A model generated the notes under the pieces. The model saw only the letters and a list, made by a program, of their open reading frames with translations, made no database searches and was not told the DNA's origin. The position numbers were made by a program, and so were the translations under genes. Below, one piece after another: positions 27,460 through 37,444 of a stretch of DNA of 64,000 nt (positions are counted from its first letter, which is position 1; each line of letters starts with the position of its first letter). The DNA comes from a virus: positions 1-64,000 of the IMG/VR virus record IMGVR_UViG_3300030090_006322. The stretch is one strand, 5' to 3'.

Positions 27460-28522
27460 CACTAAGTAATAAAGCGGTCTTTATTTCTTTTTTAGTGAAG
27501 CTTGAAGAGTTGTTTTTAACAAAATCGCAAATAAATTTAACTTGTGCTTTCTGATCTATTGATTTTTCCGACCAATATTTCCTAATGTCACAATTATCTA
27601 AATGAGCATCACCAAAATCATTATATGACTTAGGTGGAAATTTTACACTCAAAGCGTCAAGATCGAAGTAATTAGATAATTTTAAAAAGCTCTTTAACGC
27701 TGCAATAAACCCTCTATTTTTCCCACTATTTTCGTCGTTATTTGTTGAAATATATATATGGCTGATAGACCTACTACTAAGGTAATTAACAATATTATTA
27801 TTAACAGATAAGCCAAAAATGACAAGAACATTTCTAATATTTTGTTCATAAAGCGCCAATGCATCACCTATACTTTCTACTAAAATTACTTCTTTTTTTA
27901 ATTCAATCTCTTCATCGACACCAGTGTCTTTATTATAGGCTGGATAAACCCAATTATTTCGTTTGCCAATATGTTTCCACTTGGCGTAATCATTGTTGTT
28001 ATCAACCTTTCTTCCAGAAAATCCAATAATTTGGTTATGTTCATTATATACAGGGAAGACCATTCTTCTATACATCTTTCCGACACCTGCCAAACCTACT
28101 TGGAAAGCTTTTTGAGTTTTTTCTGATATCTTTCTATCTTTGTAAAAATTATAATTTGGGAATAATCGTTCTAATGAAGAATTTGGGTAAACTTTTTCCA
28201 TTTCAATTTTTTCTTTTGGATAATAAGTAACTACATCGTTTGTAGAAGAATTAACTAAAATTTCATCTATTTGTTTTTTGTCTTTAACTGTAAGTCTAAT
28301 CAAAGCCTCGAAAGGTTTGCAGCCCTTGTTTTCTACAAAATCCATCCATACGCCTGTATTTTTGTATATTTTTACAGCGGTGTTGTTATCGCCATCTCTG
28401 TAGAGAGCTTGAGTTCTCCAGTGATCTCCACAGTCTATAAGTTTATAACCTATTGACTCTAAAATGCCTTGGAAATCTTCAGAATTGATCGAAGTCTGGG
28501 ATTGTTTCTTGGATTCCATCAT
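27452..28522 (-). CDS. dnaG: DnaG-like DNA primase (TOPRIM)
   Basis: RMVFPV...IIGFSGR...KW, VILVESIGDALAL, NND (DxD variant), NDFGD. The N-terminal zinc-binding domain lacks Cys. Confidence 0.8.
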   Translation of the reverse strand: MMESKKQSQTSINSEDFQGILESIGYKLIDCGDHWRTQALYRDGDNNTAVKIYKNTGVWMDFVENKGCKPFEALIRLTVKDKKQIDEILVNSSTNDVVTYYPKEKIEMEKVYPNSSLERLFPNYNFYKDRKISEKTQKAFQVGLAGVGKMYRRMVFPVYNEHNQIIGFSGRKVDNNNDYAKWKHIGKRNNWVYPAYNKDTGVDEEIELKKEVILVESIGDALALYEQNIRNVLVIFGLSVNNNIVNYLSSRSISHIYISTNNDENSGKNRGFIAALKSFLKLSNYFDLDALSVKFPPKSYNDFGDAHLDNCDIRKYWSEKSIDQKAQVKFICDFVKNNSSSFTKKEIKTALLLSDA

Positions 28523-29996
28523 TATCTAACTCTTCATGTCCCTCCAATACCCGAGCGATATCTCTAAGATCTCCTCTCTCTGTAATATTAAAATTATTAA
28601 AATCTAAATTAATTGCATTTTTTCTTAGAGAGTCACCTATTCTAACTGGTTCTATAGCTCCTGCTATATCACTACCTAAATGACGAGCCTTTACATTGAT
28701 TAGTTTATGAGTTCCAAATCTACCTCCCTCTGTTTCCATTTCATCAGAGGTTTTGCTACGCAAGATGAACATGTGAGAACAAAACTGTGTAATTCTATCT
28801 GATAGAGAAACAATAGATTCGTCATCAACTATGTTGTCAGAGCTTCTATTTGTTGTAATTCCATATCTATTAGACTGCACAGATGTAATCATAGGTATTA
28901 CGGGATTGCCATCATTTAAAATCTCTTTCTGAACACATTTTTTAAATTTATCAACCATCTCTCCAACAACTTGCCATTCTGACTTGTTGGAAATATTTTC
29001 AGATGTTGTCTTAATGTAATCGAAAGAGAAGACCATCTGGTTACCGCGCCCTACTTTTGCATAATAGAATCTTTTTAAAGTGTTGACCATCGAATCTACA
29101 TCCATACCTCCTACGTTGTAGTAATAGAATTTGAGATTTTTTATCTTTGGCCAAACAGATCTTACTTTCTCTACCACTTCTTCGCCAGCTCGCCTCCACT
29201 TACCGCTTTCTAGTAAATGCATAGGCACACCAGATAGGGCAGCACATTGCCTCATAATTAATTCTTCCTTGCTCATCTCCCCATTGTCGAAATGCAAAAC
29301 AGGGACATCATATTGTAAACTAACTTTAGTGGAATAGTCCATACAAAACTGTGTTTTGCCCACGCCAGATCGCGCAACAATCACAGTGATATTTCCAGCT
29401 CTTAAGAGAGATCCATAAATATCATTGATTTTTTGATGTGGACCCATCATCCCGAATTCTGTAACAGGATTATCTCCCCGCTCCTCTACAAGAGCTTCCA
29501 TCTCTTCATAAATGTTTTCTGGAGTATCGTTTCCTATCTCATAAAGGTTTATACGAGAGTTATAAACATTATCAGCTACCTCGATAATATCCCTGTAAGA
29601 AGATTCGGGGGCTATGTTTTTCATCTTCTTAGCTATCTCTTGAGATGATTCTAAAATTTCTCTTCTTATCGTATATTTTTTTAGCTCTTTAGCTGTCTTA
29701 ATAATATTACCTTTAGGAACTTTTCTTAAAGATAGGGACTTGATATAATCTGAAGGGTTTAAATTATCTTCGAACGAAAGCCCGACTTCGTTGACTCTTT
29801 GAGCCACAATGATTTCATCTATTTCATCTCCAGCGTTAATTGCTTGTTGGATGATCCTAAAAATTGCAGAATGTAAAGAGCTTTGTTTAGAATAAAAATC
29901 AGAGTTGCTAATAAAGTTAGAAATCTCTGCGAGACTCTCTGGCTCTTTAATAAGTCCAGCTAACAACTGCTTTTCTAGTTCGAAATTATATATCAT
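28479..29996 (-). CDS. dnaB: Replicative DnaB-family helicase
   Basis: N-terminal ELEKQLLAGL...DFY..H; ARSGVGKT (Walker A); FDYI; SVQSNR; KARH. Start taken as MIYNFE (TAATG overlap at 29996). Confidence 0.9.
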   Translation of the reverse strand: MIYNFELEKQLLAGLIKEPESLAEISNFISNSDFYSKQSSLHSAIFRIIQQAINAGDEIDEIIVAQRVNEVGLSFEDNLNPSDYIKSLSLRKVPKGNIIKTAKELKKYTIRREILESSQEIAKKMKNIAPESSYRDIIEVADNVYNSRINLYEIGNDTPENIYEEMEALVEERGDNPVTEFGMMGPHQKINDIYGSLLRAGNITVIVARSGVGKTQFCMDYSTKVSLQYDVPVLHFDNGEMSKEELIMRQCAALSGVPMHLLESGKWRRAGEEVVEKVRSVWPKIKNLKFYYYNVGGMDVDSMVNTLKRFYYAKVGRGNQMVFSFDYIKTTSENISNKSEWQVVGEMVDKFKKCVQKEILNDGNPVIPMITSVQSNRYGITTNRSSDNIVDDESIVSLSDRITQFCSHMFILRSKTSDEMETEGGRFGTHKLINVKARHLGSDIAGAIEPVRIGDSLRKNAINLDFNNFNITERGDLRDIARVLEGHEELDNDGIQETIPDFDQF

Positions 29997-30238
29997 TAAT
30001 CTTCCTCTCTTATTTGTTCTGCTGGGTGTTGGAAATGATTCTCCAGAGCCTTTGTTAAAGCAAACTCTGTCATACCGCAATCAAATTTGCAATATATAAG
30101 TGGCTTACCATTTTCAGATGAAACAGCCATAATAACTCCTTTGTATTTATCTGCTCCTCCTGATAACTCATAAAGTTTATCGACCATTTCTGTTGGAATG
30201 CAAAATTCCCCATCATCACTTCCTTCTGGTAAATTCAT
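29996..30238 (-). CDS. Hypothetical protein
   Basis: Translationally coupled on both sides within the replication operon. Confidence 0.7.
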   Translation of the reverse strand: MNLPEGSDDGEFCIPTEMVDKLYELSGGADKYKGVIMAVSSENGKPLIYCKFDCGMTEFALTKALENHFQHPAEQIREED

Positions 30239-30642
30239 AGATAAATATCTTGTTCGCTAAATAAAGATGCTTGTATTTCGTCTTGAGGGTAAACTTCTGC
30301 TAATTTTATTTTATTAGCTTGGCAAAAATTTAATTTCTTCTCATCTCTTTTGAGTTGATCGGCATATTTAAAATGATTTTTATGAAAGTGTTTAACGAAT
30401 TTAGTATGTTGAGCGCCTTGAACTTCCACAGCTATTTTTTTATTAGCATTGTAGAAATCCAAAGTCAATCTGCTGCCAACAACTCTAAACTCTTCAAACA
30501 CAATATCATTCTCCCAATATGTTCGCAAAAATTTTTTTACGTTTGTTTGGAACTTACTCCTGCTAGGTTTGTCCCAATCAATTAAATATTTCTTTGCGTT
30601 TTTAAGGTTTCTTTCTTTTCCATACTGGTCAATGAACTTCAT
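30235..30642 (-). CDS. DUF559/Vsr-like endonuclease
   Basis: LDFY...IAVEVQGAQH...RDEKK. Confidence 0.7.
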   Translation of the reverse strand: MKFIDQYGKERNLKNAKKYLIDWDKPSRSKFQTNVKKFLRTYWENDIVFEEFRVVGSRLTLDFYNANKKIAVEVQGAQHTKFVKHFHKNHFKYADQLKRDEKKLNFCQANKIKLAEVYPQDEIQASLFSEQDIYL

Positions 30643-31748
30643 GCTCCGATTTGTTCTCTGAAATAATTTATCAAAAATTTACATAAATCCTCATCCTGAT
30701 CCAGTGTTTTGAAAAGATTATTGTCGCCTTGTATTTGATCTGGGAAAGTTAAGCTGTTTTCTTTTAAAAGCTCTTGAAAGTCTTCGGTGGGTTTAATCCA
30801 AGCACCCTTCTTTTCCACAAATTCCCAAGCGTATAACAAGTCTACGATTTCTTTCTCAATCCAAATAGAGTTGCCACCAGATCGATTATATCTGACAGGG
30901 TAAGTCAAGCTTACATTAGATTTTTCATTAGGAGATTTGCAGATTAAAACTTTTGCAAAATGACCAATGATTGGGTTTTTTTTCTCGTCAATAGTTTTTA
31001 CGCTAGGATTTTGAAGAATCAAATCGGATTTGTATCTAGGCTGAAATTGAATAACGCTGTTAGCGTAATGCTGCAAGGCATATCCCCCTGTTGCTACAGA
31101 CTGTCTAGGGGGTTCTTTAGAGTATTGGTCTCTCATTTCTGACCTTACCTGACTAATAAAAATAGCCATATGGCCCCTCTTGCCTAAAGCAATGCTGGTT
31201 TGTTTGCACCAAGTAGATGCGATGCTAGCTCCTGCGGCTATTTTGGCGAACTCATCAAAACCTTTAGACGCATCATTCTTGGCGACTAAACCATCAACAG
31301 AATCTAATATAAAACAATATTTATGTTTATTCTTTTCATTGTCAATGAGTTGTTTGATGCAAGTCATTGCTGTTTCATAAATATTCGTTTCTAAAACAAA
31401 ACAAGTGCCGTCTACCCACTCATCTGCTGACCACACAAATTTGACCCCAGACCTCTCTCTCACTTCTTTACCTAACCTGCCTTCAGCTTTAATATACAAG
31501 CCTCTGGGTTTTTCTATTGTGTTTAGAAAGTTTTTCATAACTTCTAAAGCCTCGGAAGTTTTTCCCCCTTCTGTTAGACCAGTAAAGCGATGTAACCCAG
31601 GTCCAAACCCTCCATTCATGCACAAATCAAATTGAAGAGAGCCGCTAGAAACTTTGTAATCGCATTCGTCTTCAAAATTGTAGTGGTCGCTTTTGTTGGA
31701 TTTCAAGAAATTACCTAGAATATCGTTTGGGTCTGGTCCTTCACTCAT
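30639..31748 (-). CDS. recA: RecA-family recombinase
   Basis: SSGSLQFD, GLTEGGKT, FILDSV, FISQVR, TGGYALQHYA, KKGAW. Confidence 0.85.
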   Translation of the reverse strand: MSEGPDPNDILGNFLKSNKSDHYNFEDECDYKVSSGSLQFDLCMNGGFGPGLHRFTGLTEGGKTSEALEVMKNFLNTIEKPRGLYIKAEGRLGKEVRERSGVKFVWSADEWVDGTCFVLETNIYETAMTCIKQLIDNEKNKHKYCFILDSVDGLVAKNDASKGFDEFAKIAAGASIASTWCKQTSIALGKRGHMAIFISQVRSEMRDQYSKEPPRQSVATGGYALQHYANSVIQFQPRYKSDLILQNPSVKTIDEKKNPIIGHFAKVLICKSPNEKSNVSLTYPVRYNRSGGNSIWIEKEIVDLLYAWEFVEKKGAWIKPTEDFQELLKENSLTFPDQIQGDNNLFKTLDQDEDLCKFLINYFREQIGA

Positions 31749-32088
31749 TTAAAAAATCTTTTATAGTTTTATTTTTACGGGATAAATTGCCGTCTTTACC
31801 CACCTTCTCGCCAAGATTATAAGTCTTGTATTTAGAAAAGTCAACCTTAAAATTGAAAGCCCTGAATTTTTCATCAAGAGTGGATTTAAGCTTATCGCTG
31901 ACAAGATAAGCTAATGAATCAAATTTTTTGTTAAATGACACTATCGCCATAAACTCTTGAGAATAACGATCACACAAATCGTTAAGCATTTTCATCTCTC
32001 GGGCAAAAAAAGGTCTTCTGCCTTTATCTGGAACCTCTAATAATCGGAAGAGTATTTCTCTTTTATTCGGTCCTTTAGATTTGCTCAC
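31741..32088 (-). CDS. Hypothetical protein
   Basis: Coupled between gmd and recA. Confidence 0.7.
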   Translation of the reverse strand: MSKSKGPNKREILFRLLEVPDKGRRPFFAREMKMLNDLCDRYSQEFMAIVSFNKKFDSLAYLVSDKLKSTLDEKFRAFNFKVDFSKYKTYNLGEKVGKDGNLSRKNKTIKDFLNE

Positions 32089-33134
32089 GGAAAAGTTTGC
32101 AATGAAAATACATCACAGTCAACCATTTTTTTAATCAATTGTAAAAAATTAGTTTCTGGTTTCCAACCAAGCTCTTCTCTTGCTTTGGTTGAGTCTCCCC
32201 ATAATAAATCCACTTCTGCTGGGCGATAAAAATTTTCGTTCACCTCCATGAGACAATCAGGCCCATGAAAATATTTTTCTTCCATTCCTTTACCCTTCCA
32301 TTTGCATTGAGTTCTATGAAAGCCAACAAAATTAAAAGCTTCTACTACAAACTCTCTAATGGTGTGGGTTTCATTAGATGAAAGCACATAATCTTTTGGG
32401 TTTTCTCTATCTTGATTTAGCATAAGCCAAACCCCTTTCACAAAATCTTCAGCATCACTCCAATCTCTTTTAGAGTCGATATTGCCTAATTGAAGAGGTG
32501 TGGTGGTTTGCCCTGATTCATACTCTTTTAGGATTCTAGCAACATTTTTAGTTATTTTCCTTGTGACAAACTCCTCTCCTCTTCTAACTCCCTCATGATT
32601 AAATAGCCAACCCTGAACTGCATAAATATCATAAGAATCTCTATAAACCTTGACTAAATGTCTAGCAGACGCTTTAGACGCTCCATAAGGGCTTCTAGGG
32701 CGCAAGGGATGATTTTCTGATTGTGGAGACTCAATAACATCCCCAAACTCTTCAGAACTGCCAGCGTTGTAATAACGACAATGAGGAACATGGCGGCGAA
32801 TTGCTTCTAGCTGATGCAAAACAGACATACAGTTAGTTTGCATGTGATTAAAGGGCATGTCCCAACTACTACCGACAAAAGAATTCGCTGCGAAATTAAT
32901 AAAGTAATCGGGTTTATGTTCTGAAATAACTTTTTCCGTATTTTGCGGATCAGATACATCTAAATCAATTAGAAAAAACCTTGGGTTGTCTTTTAAATGT
33001 TTTATATTCTTATGGTTCTCGACACTAAGCCTACGCACACCACCAATAATATCGTGTTCAGTGTTTTTTAGAAGATAATCTGCCATCAGACTACCATCTT
33101 GACCAGTAATTCCTGTTATTAATATTTTTTTCAT
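32085..33134 (-). CDS. gmd: GDP-mannose 4,6-dehydratase
   Basis: TGITGQDGS, AGSSEEFG, PRSPYGASK, LFNHEG.RRG..FVTRKI, LGN.D.KRDW, FYRPAEV. Confidence 0.93.
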   Translation of the reverse strand: MKKILITGITGQDGSLMADYLLKNTEHDIIGGVRRLSVENHKNIKHLKDNPRFFLIDLDVSDPQNTEKVISEHKPDYFINFAANSFVGSSWDMPFNHMQTNCMSVLHQLEAIRRHVPHCRYYNAGSSEEFGDVIESPQSENHPLRPRSPYGASKASARHLVKVYRDSYDIYAVQGWLFNHEGVRRGEEFVTRKITKNVARILKEYESGQTTTPLQLGNIDSKRDWSDAEDFVKGVWLMLNQDRENPKDYVLSSNETHTIREFVVEAFNFVGFHRTQCKWKGKGMEEKYFHGPDCLMEVNENFYRPAEVDLLWGDSTKAREELGWKPETNFLQLIKKMVDCDVFSLQTFP

Positions 33135-34045
33135 TATTCGTTAATATACCAGTTGTAAGTTTTTTCTAAACCTTCTTGCAAGGTTGTTTCGGCGGTAAAG
33201 TTAAGCTCTTTTTTTGCTTTTGTTGTATCTAAACATCTGCGAGGTTGCCCATTTGGTTTGCTTTCGTCAAATTTTATTTCACCTTTGTAGCCAACAATAT
33301 CTTTTATTAGAGTCACTAAATCTTTGATTGATATTTCTTTACCAGTTCCGATATTCATTGGTTCAGGAGAATTGTAAGAATCTATAGAAAGCTCTATGGC
33401 TTTAGCACAATCACCTGCATACAAAAACTCCCGAGAGGCAGATCCATCTCCCCACACTTCTACAAATGGCGCATCCTGCTCTTTAGCTTCAATAAACTTT
33501 TTTAAAAGCGCTGGTATTACGTGAGATTTTTCAGGATCAAAGCTATCATATTCACCATACATATTAACTGGGATAAGATGTATAAAATTGCTGCCGTATT
33601 GATCATGGTATGCCTTGCATCCTACTAGAAGATTTTTTTTAGCTATCCCGTAAGGAGCGTTTGTTTCTTCAGGATAGCCGTTCCAAATATCATCTTCTTT
33701 AAATGGAACTGGAGTAAATTTTGGGTAAGAGCAAACAGTGCCTAATGTAATCAATTTTTTAATATTAAAAATATGACAAGCAGACAAAACATTTAAGCTC
33801 ATTTGAGAATTTTTTACAAAGAAGTCTGCTGGAGATTTTTGATTAGCACCAATCCCGCCGCACACAGCAGCCAAATGAATAATACAATCGGGCTGGTGAT
33901 AAAAAACATAATCATTAAAATCTTTAGAAGAGCAGACATCCAACCTAGACTTGCTAGGGGTGAGAAGTTTGTATTTTTCTTTAAGAAGCTCTGTGAGATG
34001 CTTTCCTAAAAACCCCCTTGATCCTGTTATAAGTATTTTTTTCAT
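33134..34045 (-). CDS. fcl: GDP-L-fucose synthase / GDP-colitose synthase (Fcl/ColC epimerase-reductase)
   Basis: HLAAVCGGIGAN, CSYPK, YGIAK, SHVIPAL, WGDGSASREFLY. Confidence 0.9.
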   Translation of the reverse strand: MKKILITGSRGFLGKHLTELLKEKYKLLTPSKSRLDVCSSKDFNDYVFYHQPDCIIHLAAVCGGIGANQKSPADFFVKNSQMSLNVLSACHIFNIKKLITLGTVCSYPKFTPVPFKEDDIWNGYPEETNAPYGIAKKNLLVGCKAYHDQYGSNFIHLIPVNMYGEYDSFDPEKSHVIPALLKKFIEAKEQDAPFVEVWGDGSASREFLYAGDCAKAIELSIDSYNSPEPMNIGTGKEISIKDLVTLIKDIVGYKGEIKFDESKPNGQPRRCLDTTKAKKELNFTAETTLQEGLEKTYNWYINE

Positions 34046-34046
34046 T

Positions 34047-34823
34047 TTATTTAGAGTTAATTGAACATGTTTTCCAATTTAAGAAAGGAAAAATGTTTCC
34101 ATGCCATTTAATATAATCATCAACATCAGGACAGATTACATTATCTTGGTTGCCCAAAAAACCTATCCACCAACTAAAGGTTCCTAAAGATAAAATCTTA
34201 TTGGTAAATCTAGAAGCAGTTAAAATAGTCTCTTGTTCTTTAAGGTCTAAAAATTTAAAATTATAGTCTGAAATTAAAGTTTTTACAAAATCATGTTCAG
34301 GAGAGTCACTAGACAATACAAGCTCTCCTTTTAAATCTGTTTCCTCTAAAGCCTTTTTATAATATTCCAACTCACAATATTTACCAGGAGTATCGAGAAT
34401 ATCCCCTAGCCTTAAATGAATATAAGTTCCTTCTATTGGCTCTTGTTCTCCTAAGTTATTAAATAGTTTTGATTTGTTTTCGTTGAATTTATTAATAACC
34501 TCTTCGGCTTGAAAAAAACCATTTAGGAAAAAATTTGATCTAGATTTATTTCCTCCTGTAAGGAAACCTTTAAAATTTTTATCGTCAACTTTTGCAAATT
34601 GTTTTTTATCAATACAGTCTAAATATAAATCATCTTCTTGTGAAGAGTTTATAGAAAAACGATGATGAAAATGTTCGTTGTACCAATGGTTAGTATTTTT
34701 ATTATTAATACTTGTAAATAAAGGATTGGCTACGGTTTGACCGTAGTTTTCAGATAAAATTACCGCTACAAAATGCTGGAATAATCTATTACCAAATCTG
34801 CCTTTATAATCTATATAAATCAT
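34047..34823 (-). CDS. GT11 alpha-1,2-fucosyl/colitosyltransferase
   Basis: GRFGNRLFQ, GFFQ, IHLRLGD, GTFSWWIGFL. Confidence 0.8.
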   Translation of the reverse strand: MIYIDYKGRFGNRLFQHFVAVILSENYGQTVANPLFTSINNKNTNHWYNEHFHHRFSINSSQEDDLYLDCIDKKQFAKVDDKNFKGFLTGGNKSRSNFFLNGFFQAEEVINKFNENKSKLFNNLGEQEPIEGTYIHLRLGDILDTPGKYCELEYYKKALEETDLKGELVLSSDSPEHDFVKTLISDYNFKFLDLKEQETILTASRFTNKILSLGTFSWWIGFLGNQDNVICPDVDDYIKWHGNIFPFLNWKTCSINSK

Positions 34824-35974
34824 AATTCACCCACAACATCCTTAATATAATTAATATCTTCAGTCGTTATTTGATGATTGTTCGGCAAATAAAATCCATA
34901 ATCATCAACATAGTCTGCATTTTTCAGACTAACCTCTCCATAATTTTTTGTCCAAAAAGGTTGCTTGCCCAAAGAGCCACAAATTAAAGGTCGTGTCTCA
35001 ATATTATTTTCTTTTAACTTTTTAACTATTTCCGTCCTGTTTGGATGAATAACTGGATAAGCAAAACTAGAAATATACTTATCATCTGTAGACTTAGGAG
35101 GTACCCAAGTAGAGTTAGTAAAAGCCTCTCTATACAGAGCATAATTATCATTTCTTTTCCCTACAATCTCATCAAATCTTTTTAACTGGTTGATACCTAA
35201 AAAAGCCTGTAGATCTGTAGATCTAAGATTAAAACCCAAATGATAAAATTTATATTGTGATTCGAAATCATTATCGACAGAGAATTTTTGTTTCAAAATG
35301 GAGGAATGTTTAGAACTCATGTCCCTGTCCCAGCCGTGACTTCTTAAAGATTTAAGTAAATTGAAAATATCTTCGTCATCTGTGCAAACCATCCCTCCTT
35401 CAATAGTTGATAAGTGATGACCATAATAAGTAGAAAAACAAGACATTGTACCGAAGTTTCCTAGCTTTTTGTTTTTGTAAGAAGAGCCTAAAGATTCGCA
35501 AGCATCTTCGATCATAATGATATTTTGCTCTTCACAAAATTCTACAATCTCATCCATTTCTGGCACTAACCCTAAAACAGAAACTAAAATTAAAGCCTTC
35601 GCTTCTTCTGTCGCAGCAAGCTCTTTAAGGTGATTAACGTCCACGGAAAGATCTGTTAGATTGCAGTCACATAAAACTGGTTTTAGACCAAGCTGCACAA
35701 CAGGAGACAAATCTGTAGCCCAAGATAAAGCGGGGACAATAACAGTATCTCCCCTTTTTAAAGCTCCACTTTCTATTAAAGAGTAAACTGCTATTAGTAA
35801 AGCGGAAGAGCCAGAATTAACAAAAACAGAATATTCGCAACCTATTTTTTTAGACCAAAGCCTTTCATACTCCTCTGTTAACTCCCCTTTAGTTAATCTG
35901 GGTGAGGTTTTTAACCATTCACAAAGAGAGCTAATCTCCGAATCAGATATTGTGTCATAAGCTAGTTTAATCAT
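34820..35974 (-). CDS. colD: GDP-4-keto-6-deoxymannose 3-dehydratase (ColD-like, PLP-dependent)
   Basis: DegT fold with His in place of the catalytic Lys (YGHHLSTIEGG), plus VNSGSSA, WATD and LRSHGW.R. No RfbH Fe-S Cys cluster. Confidence 0.75.
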   Translation of the reverse strand: MIKLAYDTISDSEISSLCEWLKTSPRLTKGELTEEYERLWSKKIGCEYSVFVNSGSSALLIAVYSLIESGALKRGDTVIVPALSWATDLSPVVQLGLKPVLCDCNLTDLSVDVNHLKELAATEEAKALILVSVLGLVPEMDEIVEFCEEQNIIMIEDACESLGSSYKNKKLGNFGTMSCFSTYYGHHLSTIEGGMVCTDDEDIFNLLKSLRSHGWDRDMSSKHSSILKQKFSVDNDFESQYKFYHLGFNLRSTDLQAFLGINQLKRFDEIVGKRNDNYALYREAFTNSTWVPPKSTDDKYISSFAYPVIHPNRTEIVKKLKENNIETRPLICGSLGKQPFWTKNYGEVSLKNADYVDDYGFYLPNNHQITTEDINYIKDVVGEL

Positions 35975-37067
35975 CGGGTTTAAATTTATTTATTACTCCG
36001 CAGATATATTTTAATTGTTTTTTGCTTATATTGTATGATGAAGGCAAAGATATTCCACTCTCAAAAGCTTTTTCGCTAATAGGTAATTTTGAATCTGTAT
36101 TGATAAGTTCAGAATTTAAATAGCAAGGTTGTTTATTCAAGGGATAGAAAAACTCTCTTGTTTGAATTCCATTATTTTTTAAATAAGAGATTAATTTTTC
36201 TTTGTGATCTGTAAAAAAAGAAGTGAACCAGTGGACTGGAGTGGTTTTGTGGTTTGTCGGGATTTGTTGTAAAAAAGAATTTTTTATGTTTTTATAATAA
36301 AATTCAAAAATTTCATTTTTCTTTTTGATGACTTTTTTAAGTTTATGCAATTGAGATATGCCGACTGCCGCTTGCATTTCTGTAAAGCAGAAATTAAAAC
36401 CTATTGATTCATGGACAAAAACACCTTTACCCGATCTGCCATGATTTTTCATTTTATAGCAATCCTTTATAACTTTTTCATTTGGGCTTAAAACCACCCC
36501 TCCTTCTCCACAGGTAATTGTTTTATTGGCGTAAAAAGATAATACACCTGCATCGCCAAAAGTCCCTACATGCTGCCCTTTGTATAAGACTCCCATGCCT
36601 TGGGCTGCGTCTTCTATAATTTTTAAATCATGGGATATAGCTAACTCTTTCAAGCTGTCCATGTCGCAACTTTTTCCATAAAGATGCACGGGCATTATTG
36701 CTTTAGTTTTTGAAGTAATAACTTTTGAAGCTTCTTCAGCAGACATGCATAAACTATCTTTATCAACATCACACAAAACAGGAGTTGCGCCAGCAAATAT
36801 GACTGCATTCGCTGAAGCAATAAATGTCATATTAGGAACTATGACCTCATCTCCCTCGCCAATACCTAGAGCTTTCAAAGCACAAAAAAGAGCAGCAGTG
36901 CCATTAGTCATAGACACGGCATGTGGAGAGGATGTTATTTTTTTGATTAAACTCTCAAATTCTTCGTTTAGCTTATATTCAGAAACAAAGGTGGACTTAA
37001 CAACTCTTTTTAATTGTTTGAGTTCTCTTCTATCAATCCAAGGCTCAATTTGAATTACTCTTTTCAT
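35967..37067 (-). CDS. per: DegT-family aminotransferase, GDP-perosamine synthase-like
   Basis: NGTAAL, PVHLYG, IEDAAQ, SFYANKTITCGEGG (Lys retained), NHG, GFNF. Confidence 0.75.
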   Translation of the reverse strand: MKRVIQIEPWIDRRELKQLKRVVKSTFVSEYKLNEEFESLIKKITSSPHAVSMTNGTAALFCALKALGIGEGDEVIVPNMTFIASANAVIFAGATPVLCDVDKDSLCMSAEEASKVITSKTKAIMPVHLYGKSCDMDSLKELAISHDLKIIEDAAQGMGVLYKGQHVGTFGDAGVLSFYANKTITCGEGGVVLSPNEKVIKDCYKMKNHGRSGKGVFVHESIGFNFCFTEMQAAVGISQLHKLKKVIKKKNEIFEFYYKNIKNSFLQQIPTNHKTTPVHWFTSFFTDHKEKLISYLKNNGIQTREFFYPLNKQPCYLNSELINTDSKLPISEKAFESGISLPSSYNISKKQLKYICGVINKFKPDD

Positions 37068-37440
37068 ACAGTGAATCGTAAGCCTTCTGCTCTCTAATTT
37101 CAGAATTATAGTGTTCGTTTATTTTGTTTTTCATTATAAATCTTTCGTCATTATACCGAGCATTTAACCTAGCGAATTCAACAAATTGATTATCAAATTC
37201 TTTTTTAGATTCTTTGTCTCTAAAACCAGCTTCGGTTTCCCAAATTTTAGAATTAATTAAAAACAGTGGCTCATAAAGATGACTTTCAATTTCGATTCCT
37301 TCCTCTTTAAGAGCATCCAAAAGCATCTCCTTTTCAGCTTTAATGTAAGATAATCTATATTCGTCTTGAATGTTTTTTATTTTTAAATCAAGAATTGTAA
37401 TTCTATCGAAAACTTCTCCTATGGCTACTTCTACTTTCAT
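37045..37440 (-). CDS. DUF6165-like protein
   Basis: VAIGEVFDRITILDLK...IN.KIWE.E...NDERF..K.KIN...SEIREQK. Confidence 0.7.
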   Translation of the reverse strand: MKVEVAIGEVFDRITILDLKIKNIQDEYRLSYIKAEKEMLLDALKEEGIEIESHLYEPLFLINSKIWETEAGFRDKESKKEFDNQFVEFARLNARYNDERFIMKNKINEHYNSEIREQKAYDSLYEKSNSN

Positions 37441-37444
37441 TTAT

